Positions 10,274 to 25,380 of a stretch of 64,000 nt of DNA are shown piece after piece. The first letter of the stretch is position 1. Every line of letters begins with the position of its first letter. Position numbers and translations under genes: made by a program. Where the stretch lies: assembly GCA_963707215.1 (NCBI GenBank), contig CAVPPB010000001.1, positions 64,001 to 128,000 of the forward strand, written 5' to 3'. The notes below the pieces were generated by a model. It made no database searches, was not told where the DNA came from, and was given only the letters and a program-made list of their open reading frames with translations. The DNA comes from an uncultured Chloroflexia bacterium. Lineage in GTDB: Bacteria > Chloroflexota > Limnocylindria > Limnocylindrales > CSP1-4.

Positions 10274-12172
10274 ATGACCATCCCTGCCGGCCTGCCACCG
10301 ACGGTCCGGGACCGACTCGGGTCGCTGGCCCCGGATCAGCGGGTGGCGGCCATGGCGCCGCCCGGGCCGGTCCTCTGCGTCGCCCCGGCCGGATCGGGCA
10401 AGACGACGACCATCGTCGCCCGGGTCGCCTGGCGGGTCGCCAGTGGCGCGGACCCGGCGTCCATCACGGCGATCGCCTTCAACCGCCGCGCGGCGGTCGA
10501 GCTCGGTGAGCGTCTCGATGGGGCCCTGGCCCCGCTCGGCTGCGCAGCGGGAGCCGTCAGGGTGCGGACCTTCCATGCGCTGGGCCTCGAGATCCTCCGC
10601 GACGCGGGGCGCGACGTCCGCGTCGTCGATCGTGCCGCCATCCTCCGACGCCTCCGGCCGACGGCGACCGCCGACGAGCTCGCCCGGCTCGACACAGCGA
10701 TCTCACGGCTCAAGGTCGAGCTGGGCGTCACCCTGTCCGACGTGGTCACCGATGAGGACCCGGGCGACCTCGGCCGCGCCTACGTCGAGTACCAGGCCAC
10801 GCTGGATGCGCTCGAGGTCGTCGACTTCGACGACCTGATCACCGAGGCTGGGCGGGCGCTCCAGACCGCACCCGATCTGCTCCGGCGGTGGCACGCGCGC
10901 TGCGCCGACCTGCTCGTTGACGAGGTCCAGGACCTCGACCGCGCCCAGCTGGAGCTGGCGAGATCGCTCGCCGGGGACCGCGGGAACATGTTCCTCGTCG
11001 GCGACGACGACCAGTCGATCTACGGCTGGCGGCTGGCAGACGTCCGCCGGCTCCTCGAGGTCGCGGCCGCTACTCCGGGCCTGGTCCGGGTCGACCTCGA
11101 GGTGAACTACCGCTGTCCGGCGCCGGTCGTCGAGCGAGCGGCCCGCCTCGTCGAACGGAACCGGGAGCGACTCGCGAAGCGGATCCGGCCGCGGTCCGGT
11201 GCGGTCGGCTGGCTTGCGCTCGTCGCGGACGGTCGTCCGGATCCCCTCCGACTCGGCGCCGTCCTGAGACAGCTCCCGACGGCTGGCGGTACCCAGGCGT
11301 TCCTGGCCCGTACGAACCGCGAGCTGCTGCCGGCCATCGTGACGGCCGTCGCCATGGAGCGACCGTTTCGCTGCGAGATCGCCCTGCCGATCGAGGATGA
11401 CTGGGTCGACGAGGTCATCGCGGGCCTCCGGACCGAGGCGTCGGTCGGGCCCCTGCTCCCACGGATCGACCGCGTTGCCCACCGGCTCCTCCAGGAGGCC
11501 GGGGAGGGGCCGCTGGCCGAGCCGGCCGATGACGATCGCAAGTGCTCTGGCGACGACCTCGACGCTGCGCCGCCGCCGCTCCATTCCCGCGAGGCGATCG
11601 GCCGATCGATCCTGGGCTGGGCCGCGGGCCTCTCTGACGTCGACGCACTCGCCGGATCGGTCGCCCGGATGCGGGCGCGACTCACCGCTCTCCGCCGCCC
11701 GGATGCGGCCCTCGTCCTCTCGACGGCCCATGCCACGAAGGGCCTCGAGTTCGACGACGTCATCGTGATCATGGACGAGGGTCGGTTTCCGTCGCCCCGC
11801 GCGATCGCCGGCTCGCTCGAGCCGGCTCGGGCGCTGGAGGAGGAGCGGCGTCTCGCCTACGTGGCGTGGACCCGCGCCCGGCGGTCGCTCACCCTCGTGT
11901 ACGACCCCTTGAGCCCGTCCTCGTTCCTGGCCGAGGCCTTCACCCCCGGCGAGCTCGGGATCCCGGTCGACGAACTCGCCCGAGGGCCGCCCGACCGCTC
12001 CCGCGGGTGCCCCACGGCGTCCCGGATACGTCACGGAACCGACTCGGGCGCGTCACCGATGAGCCATCGCCCGGTCATCCGAGGTCGTCACCGTGGGGCC
12101 CATGCCCGGCCGGACCGCCGGGACGGCGCAGGGCCCGCCCGAGCTGGCCTATCCAAGGAGGGATCGCGATGA
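10274..12172 (+). CDS. Compact UvrD/REP-family ATP-dependent helicase (3' end uncertain)
   Basis: APAGSGKT, AFNRRAA, DEVQD, GDDDQSIYGWR, NYRC, STAHATKGLEFD, EEERRLAYVAWTRAR. Confidence 0.88.
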   Translation: MTIPAGLPPTVRDRLGSLAPDQRVAAMAPPGPVLCVAPAGSGKTTTIVARVAWRVASGADPASITAIAFNRRAAVELGERLDGALAPLGCAAGAVRVRTFHALGLEILRDAGRDVRVVDRAAILRRLRPTATADELARLDTAISRLKVELGVTLSDVVTDEDPGDLGRAYVEYQATLDALEVVDFDDLITEAGRALQTAPDLLRRWHARCADLLVDEVQDLDRAQLELARSLAGDRGNMFLVGDDDQSIYGWRLADVRRLLEVAAATPGLVRVDLEVNYRCPAPVVERAARLVERNRERLAKRIRPRSGAVGWLALVADGRPDPLRLGAVLRQLPTAGGTQAFLARTNRELLPAIVTAVAMERPFRCEIALPIEDDWVDEVIAGLRTEASVGPLLPRIDRVAHRLLQEAGEGPLAEPADDDRKCSGDDLDAAPPPLHSREAIGRSILGWAAGLSDVDALAGSVARMRARLTALRRPDAALVLSTAHATKGLEFDDVIVIMDEGRFPSPRAIAGSLEPARALEEERRLAYVAWTRARRSLTLVYDPLSPSSFLAEAFTPGELGIPVDELARGPPDRSRGCPTASRIRHGTDSGASPMSHRPVIRGRHRGAHARPDRRDGAGPARAGLSKEGSR

Positions 12173-12585
12173 TGCGACGACTCGGCCTGGCGCTCTCCGG
12201 GGCGCTCCTCATCTCCGCTTTCGCCGTCGGGACGACGGCCGCCGGAGGCCCGCCGCATGTCGGCTTCTACGTCGACGGTGCGCTCTACCGGACCATCGGC
12301 ACGCCGACCGACTTCTCGGGCACCGGCGCACCGGCCCACTCCTTCGACCGGATCTTCGCGCTGGGCGACGGCCTGACGAACGTCGCCGAGGCCAAGCCCG
12401 GCGATCGTGACTTCAACGGAGGCCGCTGGATGGTCATCCCGGTCGACTGGGCGGGCTACACCCCCACGCAGCTGACCTCGGCCGACGACCTGATCGCCCT
12501 CGAGGCCGCGGGCATGATCTCGTTCGGTGACCCGGTCAAGTACTTCGAGTGCCCGGTGATCCCGCTGCCCGGCAACCAGCGCTGA
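12169..12585 (+). CDS. Small secreted hypothetical protein
   Basis: RBS AAGGAGG before ATG; signal peptide MMRRLGLALSGALLISAFAVGTTAA; strong codon bias. Confidence 0.75.
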   Translation: MMRRLGLALSGALLISAFAVGTTAAGGPPHVGFYVDGALYRTIGTPTDFSGTGAPAHSFDRIFALGDGLTNVAEAKPGDRDFNGGRWMVIPVDWAGYTPTQLTSADDLIALEAAGMISFGDPVKYFECPVIPLPGNQR

Positions 12586-12667
12586 CATCGCCCAGGACCA
12601 CCTTGCGTGGTCCCGGACGTCCCCACTGCGGGCCCGGCCGACCGGCCGGGCCCGCTAGCATGCCCAG

Positions 12668-13147
12668 ATGGCCAGACCACTCCCCTCCCTCGGTCCCCGC
12701 GGCGAGGGCTGGGTCGCGCTCCAGGTGGTCCTTCTCGTCGTCATCGCCTGGGCGGGCACGACCGGTCCCGCCTGGGATGGAGCCATCAGGATGGCGACCT
12801 CCGCCCTCGGGGCCGTGCTCCTGGCCGCGGGTGGGATCCTCGCCCTGCGCGGCCTCGTCGACCTCCGCGAGAACCTCACCCCGCTCCCCCACCCCCGGGC
12901 GAACGGTCGGCTCATCGCCCACGGCGCCTATCGGCTGGCGCGCCACCCCATCTACGGTGGCATCGTCATCGGCGCGCTCGGCTGGGGCCTGCTGACGGCC
13001 GCCCCGCTCGCGCTGGCCATGGCCGGGATCCTGATTGCCTTCTTCGACCTGAAGTCCCGGCGCGAGGAAGCCTGGCTCCTCGATCACTACCCGGGCTACG
13101 CGGAGTACCGGGCGACGACGCGTCGCCTCATCCCCTGGCTCTACTGA
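12668..13147 (+). CDS. Isoprenylcysteine carboxylmethyltransferase/PEMT-family membrane protein
   Basis: GAYRLARHPIY, REEAWL, YAEY...RLIPWLY. Confidence 0.88.
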   Translation: MARPLPSLGPRGEGWVALQVVLLVVIAWAGTTGPAWDGAIRMATSALGAVLLAAGGILALRGLVDLRENLTPLPHPRANGRLIAHGAYRLARHPIYGGIVIGALGWGLLTAAPLALAMAGILIAFFDLKSRREEAWLLDHYPGYAEYRATTRRLIPWLY

Positions 13148-13521
13148 GCCGACGGGCGGGCCGCCTCCCGGGCCAGGAGCCGCAGTAGCTGGTCGACGGC
13201 ATCGCGGAGGGGACCGGTGACCTCCGGCTCGAGGATCTCGAGGATGGAATCCTTCGGCCCGATGGCGGCACGGGTCCGCAGGGCGACGGCCCGCAGCTCC
13301 CCGATCGGGGCGTCGCGCAGCCCATCGGGGATCGGCTCGAGGTAGCGCTCCCACCGTCCGGCGCCGATCGCCCGGCAGGCGACGATCGTCCGGTCGACCG
13401 CCCTGGCCGCTTCGAGGGCCGCCGCGTCGATCTCCGGGCGCTCGTGGCGCGACGGACCGACGGTCGCCCGTCGGCCGCCGGTCGACGGGCTCACGGTGCG
13501 ACCCTCATGCGTCGCGGGCAC
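13141..13521 (-). CDS. Hypothetical protein
   Basis: ORF with typical GC3 bias, co-oriented with the upstream genes; start uncertain. Confidence 0.55.
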   Translation of the reverse strand: MPATHEGRTVSPSTGGRRATVGPSRHERPEIDAAALEAARAVDRTIVACRAIGAGRWERYLEPIPDGLRDAPIGELRAVALRTRAAIGPKDSILEILEPEVTGPLRDAVDQLLRLLAREAARPSAQ

Positions 13522-13943
13522 CTCCCGGCTGGTCGGGCGACTCGGCGCGCCGGACGATCTGCAGCGGCAATCGCTTGCGCTCCGAACCGTTGACCAGGAT
13601 CCGGACCGAGTAGTCGCCCGGCGTCGGGAAGGTCACGTTCCAGAGGTCGATCGAGAACGTCAGCAGGGTGTCCCGACCGTCCTGGCTGGCCATGCGCGAC
13701 GATCGAGCCGGTCGCGCCGGTGACCTCGCGGCCGTCCGGATCGAGGAGGACGAACCGGATCGCGTGTTCGTGATCCAGCTCGCTGGCGGTGACGATCAGG
13801 CCCACGACCAGGCACAGGTGCGGCTGGTGGAGCGGGAACGTCGGACCGCCGATCCGGTTGATCCCGCCGCCGAGGACGTGGAACTTCTGGCCGGGTACCG
13901 TCTCGGCGGCGTCGGCCAGGAAGGCGAAGTCGATCTCGGGCAT
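13505..13943 (-). CDS. DUF6941-like small beta protein (frameshift near 13693)
   Basis: MPEIDFAFLADAAETVPGQKFHVLGGG joins TFPTPGDYSVRILVNG in another frame; TACCAT -10 lies 6 nt before ATG. Confidence 0.7.
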
Positions 13944-14014
13944 GGCAGCATGGTACGCCGCCCCGACGATGGGTCGTCGGGGGCCACTCGGGCCCCCCGG
14001 ACGCCGGCGCGCCC

Positions 14015-14601
14015 TCAGGACGGGCCGCTCGACTCCCACTCGTCGCGGAGGATGGCCATCCGAAGCACGTCGTGGAACGTCGCCGGCCGAGTACATCGCC
14101 CGTCGAAGCGTCCCTTCGTGGACGAAGCCGACCTTCTCGTACGAGCGGATGGCCGGGTCGTTCTGGGCGACGACATCAAGCCAGATGCGCTCGAGGCGGA
14201 GCTCTTCGAAGCCCAGGTCCAGGATCGCCCGCATCGCATCGGTCCCCAGACCCTCGCCGCGAGCCTCGCCGAGGGCGATGCCGACCTGGGCCGACCCGTT
14301 GGGCTGGTCGATGTCCCCGAGCGCGACGGTGCCGATCGGTCGATCGTCCTGGCGCCGGCAGACCACGAAGTACCACATCTCGCGTGCCGTGACGCTCGAG
14401 CATCTGATCGAACCAGCGCTTCTCCTTGGCGAGCGAGAGCGGTGAGCGCGTCGCAAGGAAGCGAGCCGTCTCCGCGTCGCTGAGCCAGCGGACGAACCTG
14501 GGGATGTCGTCACGCTCGGCGGGTCGCAGGTAGACGCCACCGCTCGCGAGCATCGGGCGCTCGGGCGGCGCCCCCTCGACTACAGGCTCCTCGGCGGCCA
14601 T
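14015..14601 (-). CDS. RimJ/RimL-type GNAT acetyltransferase (frameshifted)
   Basis: VYLRPAERDD, GEGLGTDAM, GFEELRLERIWLDV..NDPAIRSYEKVGFVHEG, DVLRMAILRDEW across three frames. Confidence 0.85.
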
Positions 14602-14630
14602 GCCGTTCCCTCCTTCCGCCTGGCGACGGC

Positions 14631-17696
<3,066 letters not shown>

Positions 17697-17724
17697 GAAC
17701 GCATTCTACGCCGCCGACGGCCTA

Positions 17725-17740
17725 TCGCACACCTGTTCTA
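17725..17740 (-). promoter_or_regulatory. LexA/SOS box upstream of uvrA (one mismatch)
   Basis: TAGAACAGGTGTGCGA on the minus strand, overlapping the -35 region of a TAGAAT -10 (17708-17703). Confidence 0.75.
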
Positions 17741-17782
17741 TTCCACGGGCCCGCACCCAGCGGAGTGGCGCGGGCGACGCCG

Positions 17783-18634
17783 TCACCGGGCGATGGGCGG
17801 TCCGGCCTCCACGCGGGCGAGCAGCTCGTCGACCGGGCCGCGCATCCCGGACAGGCTCTCGAGCCACCAGGTGGCGCCGGCCGCCTCGTAGCCGGCGGCG
17901 AGATCGGCGCCCTGTCGCCCTGCCTCGGAGAAGGCGAAGACCGCGACATCGAACGGCGCGCCCGCTCGACCGAGTCGCTCCCGCTCGGCATCGACGTCGG
18001 CGGCCATCCGGGCGAGCCCATCGGCGGGCAGGTCGATCGCCGAGCCGTCCTCGGTCACCGCGACGGCGATCCAGCCGTCGAGCCGGGCGGCCCGCCGGAG
18101 AGCGGCCGGCCGCATGCCGCCGAACCAGAGCGGCGGCCGTGGCTGCTGGATCGGCCGGGGTCCGACCGCGACGCCGTCGATGCGATAGGCGGGCCCCTCG
18201 TGGGTCACAGTCTCGCCGCGGAGGAAGGCGTCGACGAGACCGATGCCCTCGTCCATGGCCGCCAGCCGGGCCGACCGGTCGAACGACTCGCCGAAGGCCG
18301 TGAAGTCCTCGGGGTCGCCGCCGGCGCCGACCCCCAGGACCAGCCTCCCGCCGCTCAGACGATCGAGGGTCGCCGCCGCCTGGGCGACCAGGTGGGGACG
18401 GCGGCGGGGCAGGGCGACGACCGACAGGATCAGGGCGATCCGCTCGGTGGCGGACGCCACGGCGGCCAGCGCGACGAACGGGTCCGGCGCGACCGTGCCC
18501 ATCGAGACCCCGGTCGAATCCCAGGTGCTGAGGCCGTCCCAGCCGCTGGCCTCGGCGACCCGGGCGAGCCGTACGATCGTCACTGGGTCGGACAGCTCGT
18601 CGCCGAGCGGGGCGATGTCGATGGCGTAGCGCAT
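17783..18634 (-). CDS. LLM-class (luciferase-like) flavin-dependent oxidoreductase
   Basis: AEASGWDG, DPFVALAAVASATERI, LDRLSGGRLVLGVGAG, RAARLDGW. Confidence 0.9.
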   Translation of the reverse strand: MRYAIDIAPLGDELSDPVTIVRLARVAEASGWDGLSTWDSTGVSMGTVAPDPFVALAAVASATERIALILSVVALPRRRPHLVAQAAATLDRLSGGRLVLGVGAGGDPEDFTAFGESFDRSARLAAMDEGIGLVDAFLRGETVTHEGPAYRIDGVAVGPRPIQQPRPPLWFGGMRPAALRRAARLDGWIAVAVTEDGSAIDLPADGLARMAADVDAERERLGRAGAPFDVAVFAFSEAGRQGADLAAGYEAAGATWWLESLSGMRGPVDELLARVEAGPPIAR

Positions 18635-18638
18635 CGGC

Positions 18639-20999
<2,361 letters not shown>

Positions 21000-21030
21000 G
21001 GCCGGAGGATAGCACCGGCGCACGACCGGG

Positions 21031-21046
21031 TCGAACACCTGTTCGA
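21031..21046. promoter_or_regulatory. LexA/SOS box upstream of uvrB
   Basis: TCGAAC-ACCT-GTTCGA, perfect palindromic arms, 20 nt upstream of the TATCCT -10. Confidence 0.9.
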
Positions 21047-21175
21047 TGGCATGAGGACCGGACCGGTGACCGGATGGCGGGTCCAGGGTGGGACGACCGG
21101 GTCATACCCGACCCGTCGCGGCGTGTCGAGGATGGGCGGGACAGGGAAGCCAGCCCGGAGGTCGGTCGCGCCCGC

Positions 21176-21733
21176 ATGCGCCTCGTCGGTCGTCCATCGT
21201 CGCCCAGCGCTCGCGGTGCGGCCACGCACCGCGAAGGGGCCCGCGGTCAGAGCCTCGTCGAGTTCGCCCTGATCGTCACGCCGCTCTTCCTGCTGCTCCT
21301 CGCGGTCGTCCAGTTCGGCTTCATCTTCAACGCCTACGTCACGCTGACCAACGCGGCCCGGGAGGCCGCGAGGACGGGCACGATCGTCGTCTACGACCGG
21401 AACCTCTCGAAGGCCGCCAACGACCTGGTCCGCCACGAGGCCGTCCGCGACACGCTCGTCGGCTCGATGAACCTGCTGGGGACGAGCAGCCCACAGCTCG
21501 TCAACGGGTCGACCTGGACCCAGAGCGGGTCGACCTACACGAACGGCGACATCGTCATCTCCTACGAGCTCCCGGGCGGCATGCTCGAGAGCGACCCGCG
21601 GACCGGCCAGCGGCTGACCGTTCGGGCGACCTACCACCTCGACCTGATCGTCCCACTCATCTCGAACCTGCTGCCGAAGGACCTCGGCGGGCGCCTGGCG
21701 CTCCCGGCCGAGGTCACGATGGTCATCAACTGA
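21176..21733 (+). CDS. tadE: TadE-family pseudopilin
   Basis: RGQSLVEFALIVTPLFLLLL...NAAREAARTG. Confidence 0.9.
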   Translation: MRLVGRPSSPSARGAATHREGARGQSLVEFALIVTPLFLLLLAVVQFGFIFNAYVTLTNAAREAARTGTIVVYDRNLSKAANDLVRHEAVRDTLVGSMNLLGTSSPQLVNGSTWTQSGSTYTNGDIVISYELPGGMLESDPRTGQRLTVRATYHLDLIVPLISNLLPKDLGGRLALPAEVTMVIN

Positions 21734-23650
21734 TGGCTACGCGCGGCAGCGGTCCGCGGGGTCAGGTCCTCGTCATCTTCGCCTTCGCCCTGGTGGGGCT
21801 GTTCGCGGCAGCCGGCATCGCCTTCGACATCGGGCGCTTCTACGCCGAGCAGCGCTTCCTCCAGAACGCCGCCGACGCGGCGGCGCTGGCGGCTGCCAAC
21901 GCGCTGATCCGCGGCGAGACCGTGACCTGCGCCGATGCGGAGGCACGGGCCGTCCTGGCCCGCAACTTCCGACGAGCCCGAACGCCAGCAGCCCGGCCCT
22001 GCCGCCGACCAGTCCCGTCTATCGTCCGGCAATGCGGGCGTCGCGACCGAGCTCGTCAACGGCATCCTCATCACCGGGTGCGGAGGTGCGGGTCGCCGTG
22101 CAGAGCACGTCCCCTACACCTTCGGGCGGATCGTCGGTCTCGTGGACAACACGATGATGGCCCGGGCCCGAACGCGAACCGACGGCGACCTGCTGCCGAT
22201 CGCGGTCCGCCGCTTCGTCAACATGCCGGGTCCCAACTCGGGCGCGTCTGCCCCCTGTCCCGCGAACCCGAACCACTTCGTCGACTTCTTCGCCACCGCG
22301 AACACCGCCTGCCTCGGGACGGATACCGATGGTGCGCTGCGAACGACGCCATCGCCTGGTTCGCCGTTCGACTCCACGACCCCGGGCAGCGACCCGACCA
22401 GCCACGGTCCGGTCATGACGATCCTGGGCCAGGGCGCTCAGCCGAGCAACGGCGCCGACTTCCGGGGGTTCGTCGCCCTCGACATCCGCAACTTCTCGAC
22501 GAGCACCTCCCAGCTCTACTACAACGGCGTCACCTCCGGTACCGGCCGCAACCAGCTCAAGGACATGGAGTCGGGCTGGATCCGGACCGGCTACCCGGGC
22601 CCGGCCTTCCCGCCGGCCATGACCCCACCAGACCCCAACGACCAGGTAGCCGTCATCAGCGGCAACGACACCGGCATCGCGATCGATGCCATGGCCGACC
22701 GCTACGTGCCGGGCGACGAGATCCTCGTCGCCGTCTACCCGGGCGTGGTCATGCAGATCCCCGACTTCTCGATCAGCCCGCCGGCAACGATCGACCTGCC
22801 CACCACCGGCACGGTCGGCGATGCCGGGACGTTCCGAGTGTCCCGCAACCAGGCCTTCAGCGGCACGGTCGCCCTCAGCACCGTCGCCGACCTCCTCGAC
22901 CCCGCCCATCCGATGGTCACCGGAGCGATGGACCCGGTGACGCCGATCGACTACGACCCGTCGCTCGTCACCCCGTCGATCGGGTCAGGGACGCCGGTGG
23001 GAATGGAAGACGTCACGACCACGGGAGCGACACCCGGCATCTACACCCTCTGGATCCGGGGCGAGGCCGGCAGCCCCTACCTGACCGTCAAGTTCACGCC
23101 CTTCGCCGTCAACGTCGGCGGGGTCGAGCGCGACTTCACGATCACCTCCTCGGTCGGCGAGCTGGAGGCGGCGAACGCCGGCGACGTCGTCACGACGACG
23201 CTGACCCTCAAGAAGTCCGGCTCCGGCAGCACCTTCGGCGGAACGGTGACGATGAGCCTGGACGGTCCGCTGCCGACCGGCCTCGGCACGGTCAGCTTCG
23301 GCGCGACCTCGGTGACGCCGACCGGCGGGACCGGCACCTCGACGACCCTGACCATCAACACGGGAACCGTGGCCCCGGGCGTGTACGACCTCGTCGTCCG
23401 GGCGACCGGCCTCAACGGTGACGCGACACCGCGCAAGGTCACCCACCTCCTGCCGCTGCGGCTGCGGGTCGGGGCGACCGGCTCCAGCGGCGGCAAGCCG
23501 TACGTCGACATCACCGGCTTCGCCGTCATGCGCGTCGCCTACGTCGACGCCAACCGCGTCGACGCCTACGCCATCAGCGGCGTCTACGCCGACCAGAACG
23601 ACCCAGCCCTCCGCCGCGGTCAGGTGGCCCGGCTGGTGCCCTGGAGCTAG
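21733..23650 (+). CDS. TadG-like pilus assembly/adhesin protein (frameshifts ~21970-22110)
   Basis: RGQVLVIFAFALVGL..AFDIG..LQNAADAAALAAA N-terminus, then a long Thr/Gly-rich beta region. Confidence 0.8.
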
Positions 23651-23708
23651 CCGGTCGGGCACGGCATCACCCGCCCGGCGGACCCGGGCGACAACGGGAG
23701 GCACCTCC

Positions 23709-24602
23709 ATGGAGCTCGAGTACAAGGACGAGAGTCGACGCGGTCGGTTCATCGTCGTCATCGGCCTGATCCTCGCCGTCATCGCCGGCGGGGCGGCCTT
23801 CTACCTCGTCAGCCAGGCCCAGCAGCAGGCCTCGGCGACGGCGGTCACGACCCCCGCCGTCGTGGCCATCCGGGCGATCCCGGCCCGCAAGCCGATCGAG
23901 GCCGCCGACGTCGTCGTTCGCGACGTCCCGATCGACCCGACGAACGCGTCGGGGATCGTGGCCGACCCCAACCTGGTCGTGGGCCGCCTCCCGGTCGTCA
24001 CGATCCTCGAGGGCCAGCTCGTCACGACGAACCTGCTGGCGTCCTCCGACGAGGGCGGCCAGTTCTCGATCCTGGGCCCGGAGGAAGCCATCGCCGTCGA
24101 CTCGATCGCCTGGCGCGCGGTGTCGATCACGGCGCCCGACGAGCGGGCCGTCGGCGGCCTGCTGGAGCCCGGCCAGACCGTCGACGTCTTCGTGACGGCC
24201 ACGGTCAACGTCGCGGAGGACCTCATCGAGGAGGGCAAGTTCTACACCGACAAGTCCACCAAGGTGACGTACCAGGACATGCTCATCCTGGCCAAGTCGG
24301 GCCAGTTCTACGTCCTGAAGGCCCCGCTCGACATCGCGGAGGAGATCTCGCACCTCCAGGCCAGCGGCACGGCGGCCTTCAGCCTGGTCCTCCGACCCGA
24401 CGTGGATACTCGCCAGATCGACGTCGCCGAGTACGGCAACACGACGAACCGGATCATCACCAAGTACGGGCTGCCGGTCCCGGAGACGTACCCGGCCGGC
24501 AACGGTCCCGTCCGGACGCCGCCGCCCCTCGCCTCACCTACCCCGTTCCCGTCTCCCATTCCGACGGTCGAGCCGTCGGTCGCCCCTTCGCCGGTCCCGT
24601 AG
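23709..24602 (+). CDS. cpaB: Flp pilus assembly protein CpaB/RcpC
   Basis: RBS GGGAGG; N-terminal TM; SAF domain; RAVSI..AVGGLLEPGQTVDV. Confidence 0.85.
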   Translation: MELEYKDESRRGRFIVVIGLILAVIAGGAAFYLVSQAQQQASATAVTTPAVVAIRAIPARKPIEAADVVVRDVPIDPTNASGIVADPNLVVGRLPVVTILEGQLVTTNLLASSDEGGQFSILGPEEAIAVDSIAWRAVSITAPDERAVGGLLEPGQTVDVFVTATVNVAEDLIEEGKFYTDKSTKVTYQDMLILAKSGQFYVLKAPLDIAEEISHLQASGTAAFSLVLRPDVDTRQIDVAEYGNTTNRIITKYGLPVPETYPAGNGPVRTPPPLASPTPFPSPIPTVEPSVAPSPVP

Positions 24603-24734
24603 GCGCACGGTCGCGGCCGGGCGGCCCCCACCGGCCCGATCCGCGGGCCTCCCGGGTCGCCCGGGATCTCCTGCGCCGCTGACCCGGCGCGCCTCCCGTG
24701 GCCGCTCGGTCCCTTCCGGGGCCGAGCGGCCCGT

Positions 24735-25380
24735 TCATGTCCGGTCGTCGGGCCGCCGGGCGAGCGCCTGCTCGAGCGCCTCGTGGACCCGCAGCCGGGC
24801 CGCCTCGGCATCGCCACCCGTGTCGATCACCCGGGTCGCGGCCGGCTCGAGCCGGGCCGCCAGGTCGCCCTGGGCCCGGATCCGCCGCTCGGCGTCATCG
24901 GCGGGCATCCCCCTGGTCAGGAGGCGATCCCGCTGCTCCCCTGGCGGACAGGTCACCAGCCAGACCTCGTCGCACTGCTCGGCCAGGCCGCCCTCGACGA
25001 GCTTGATCGCCTCGACCACGACGACCGCCGCGCCGGCCTCGTCAGCTCCTCGGAGGGCGTCGAGGATCACCGGACGGACCGCCGGGTGGACGATCGCTTC
25101 GAGGCGGGCCAGCGAGCCCGGGTCCTCGAAGACCCGGGCGGCCAGCGCCGCCCGGTCGAGAGCGCCGTCAGCGGCGACCACCGCCGTGCCGAAGGTCTCG
25201 ACCACGGCCCGGAACGCCGGGCGCGCCCGGTTCCACGACCTCGCGGGCGATCCGATCGGCGTCGACCACGACCACACCGCGCTCGGCGAGCCAACCCGCG
25301 ACCGTAGACTTGCCGCAGCCGATCGGCCCGGTGAGCCCGATGCGGAGTGCTCGGCGCGCGGTCCCGGCTTGGGCGATCAC
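24735..25380 (-). CDS. coaE: Dephospho-CoA kinase (frameshift near 25220)
   Basis: [36 protein letters not shown]; GTG overlaps the ABC-F stop. Confidence 0.92.
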
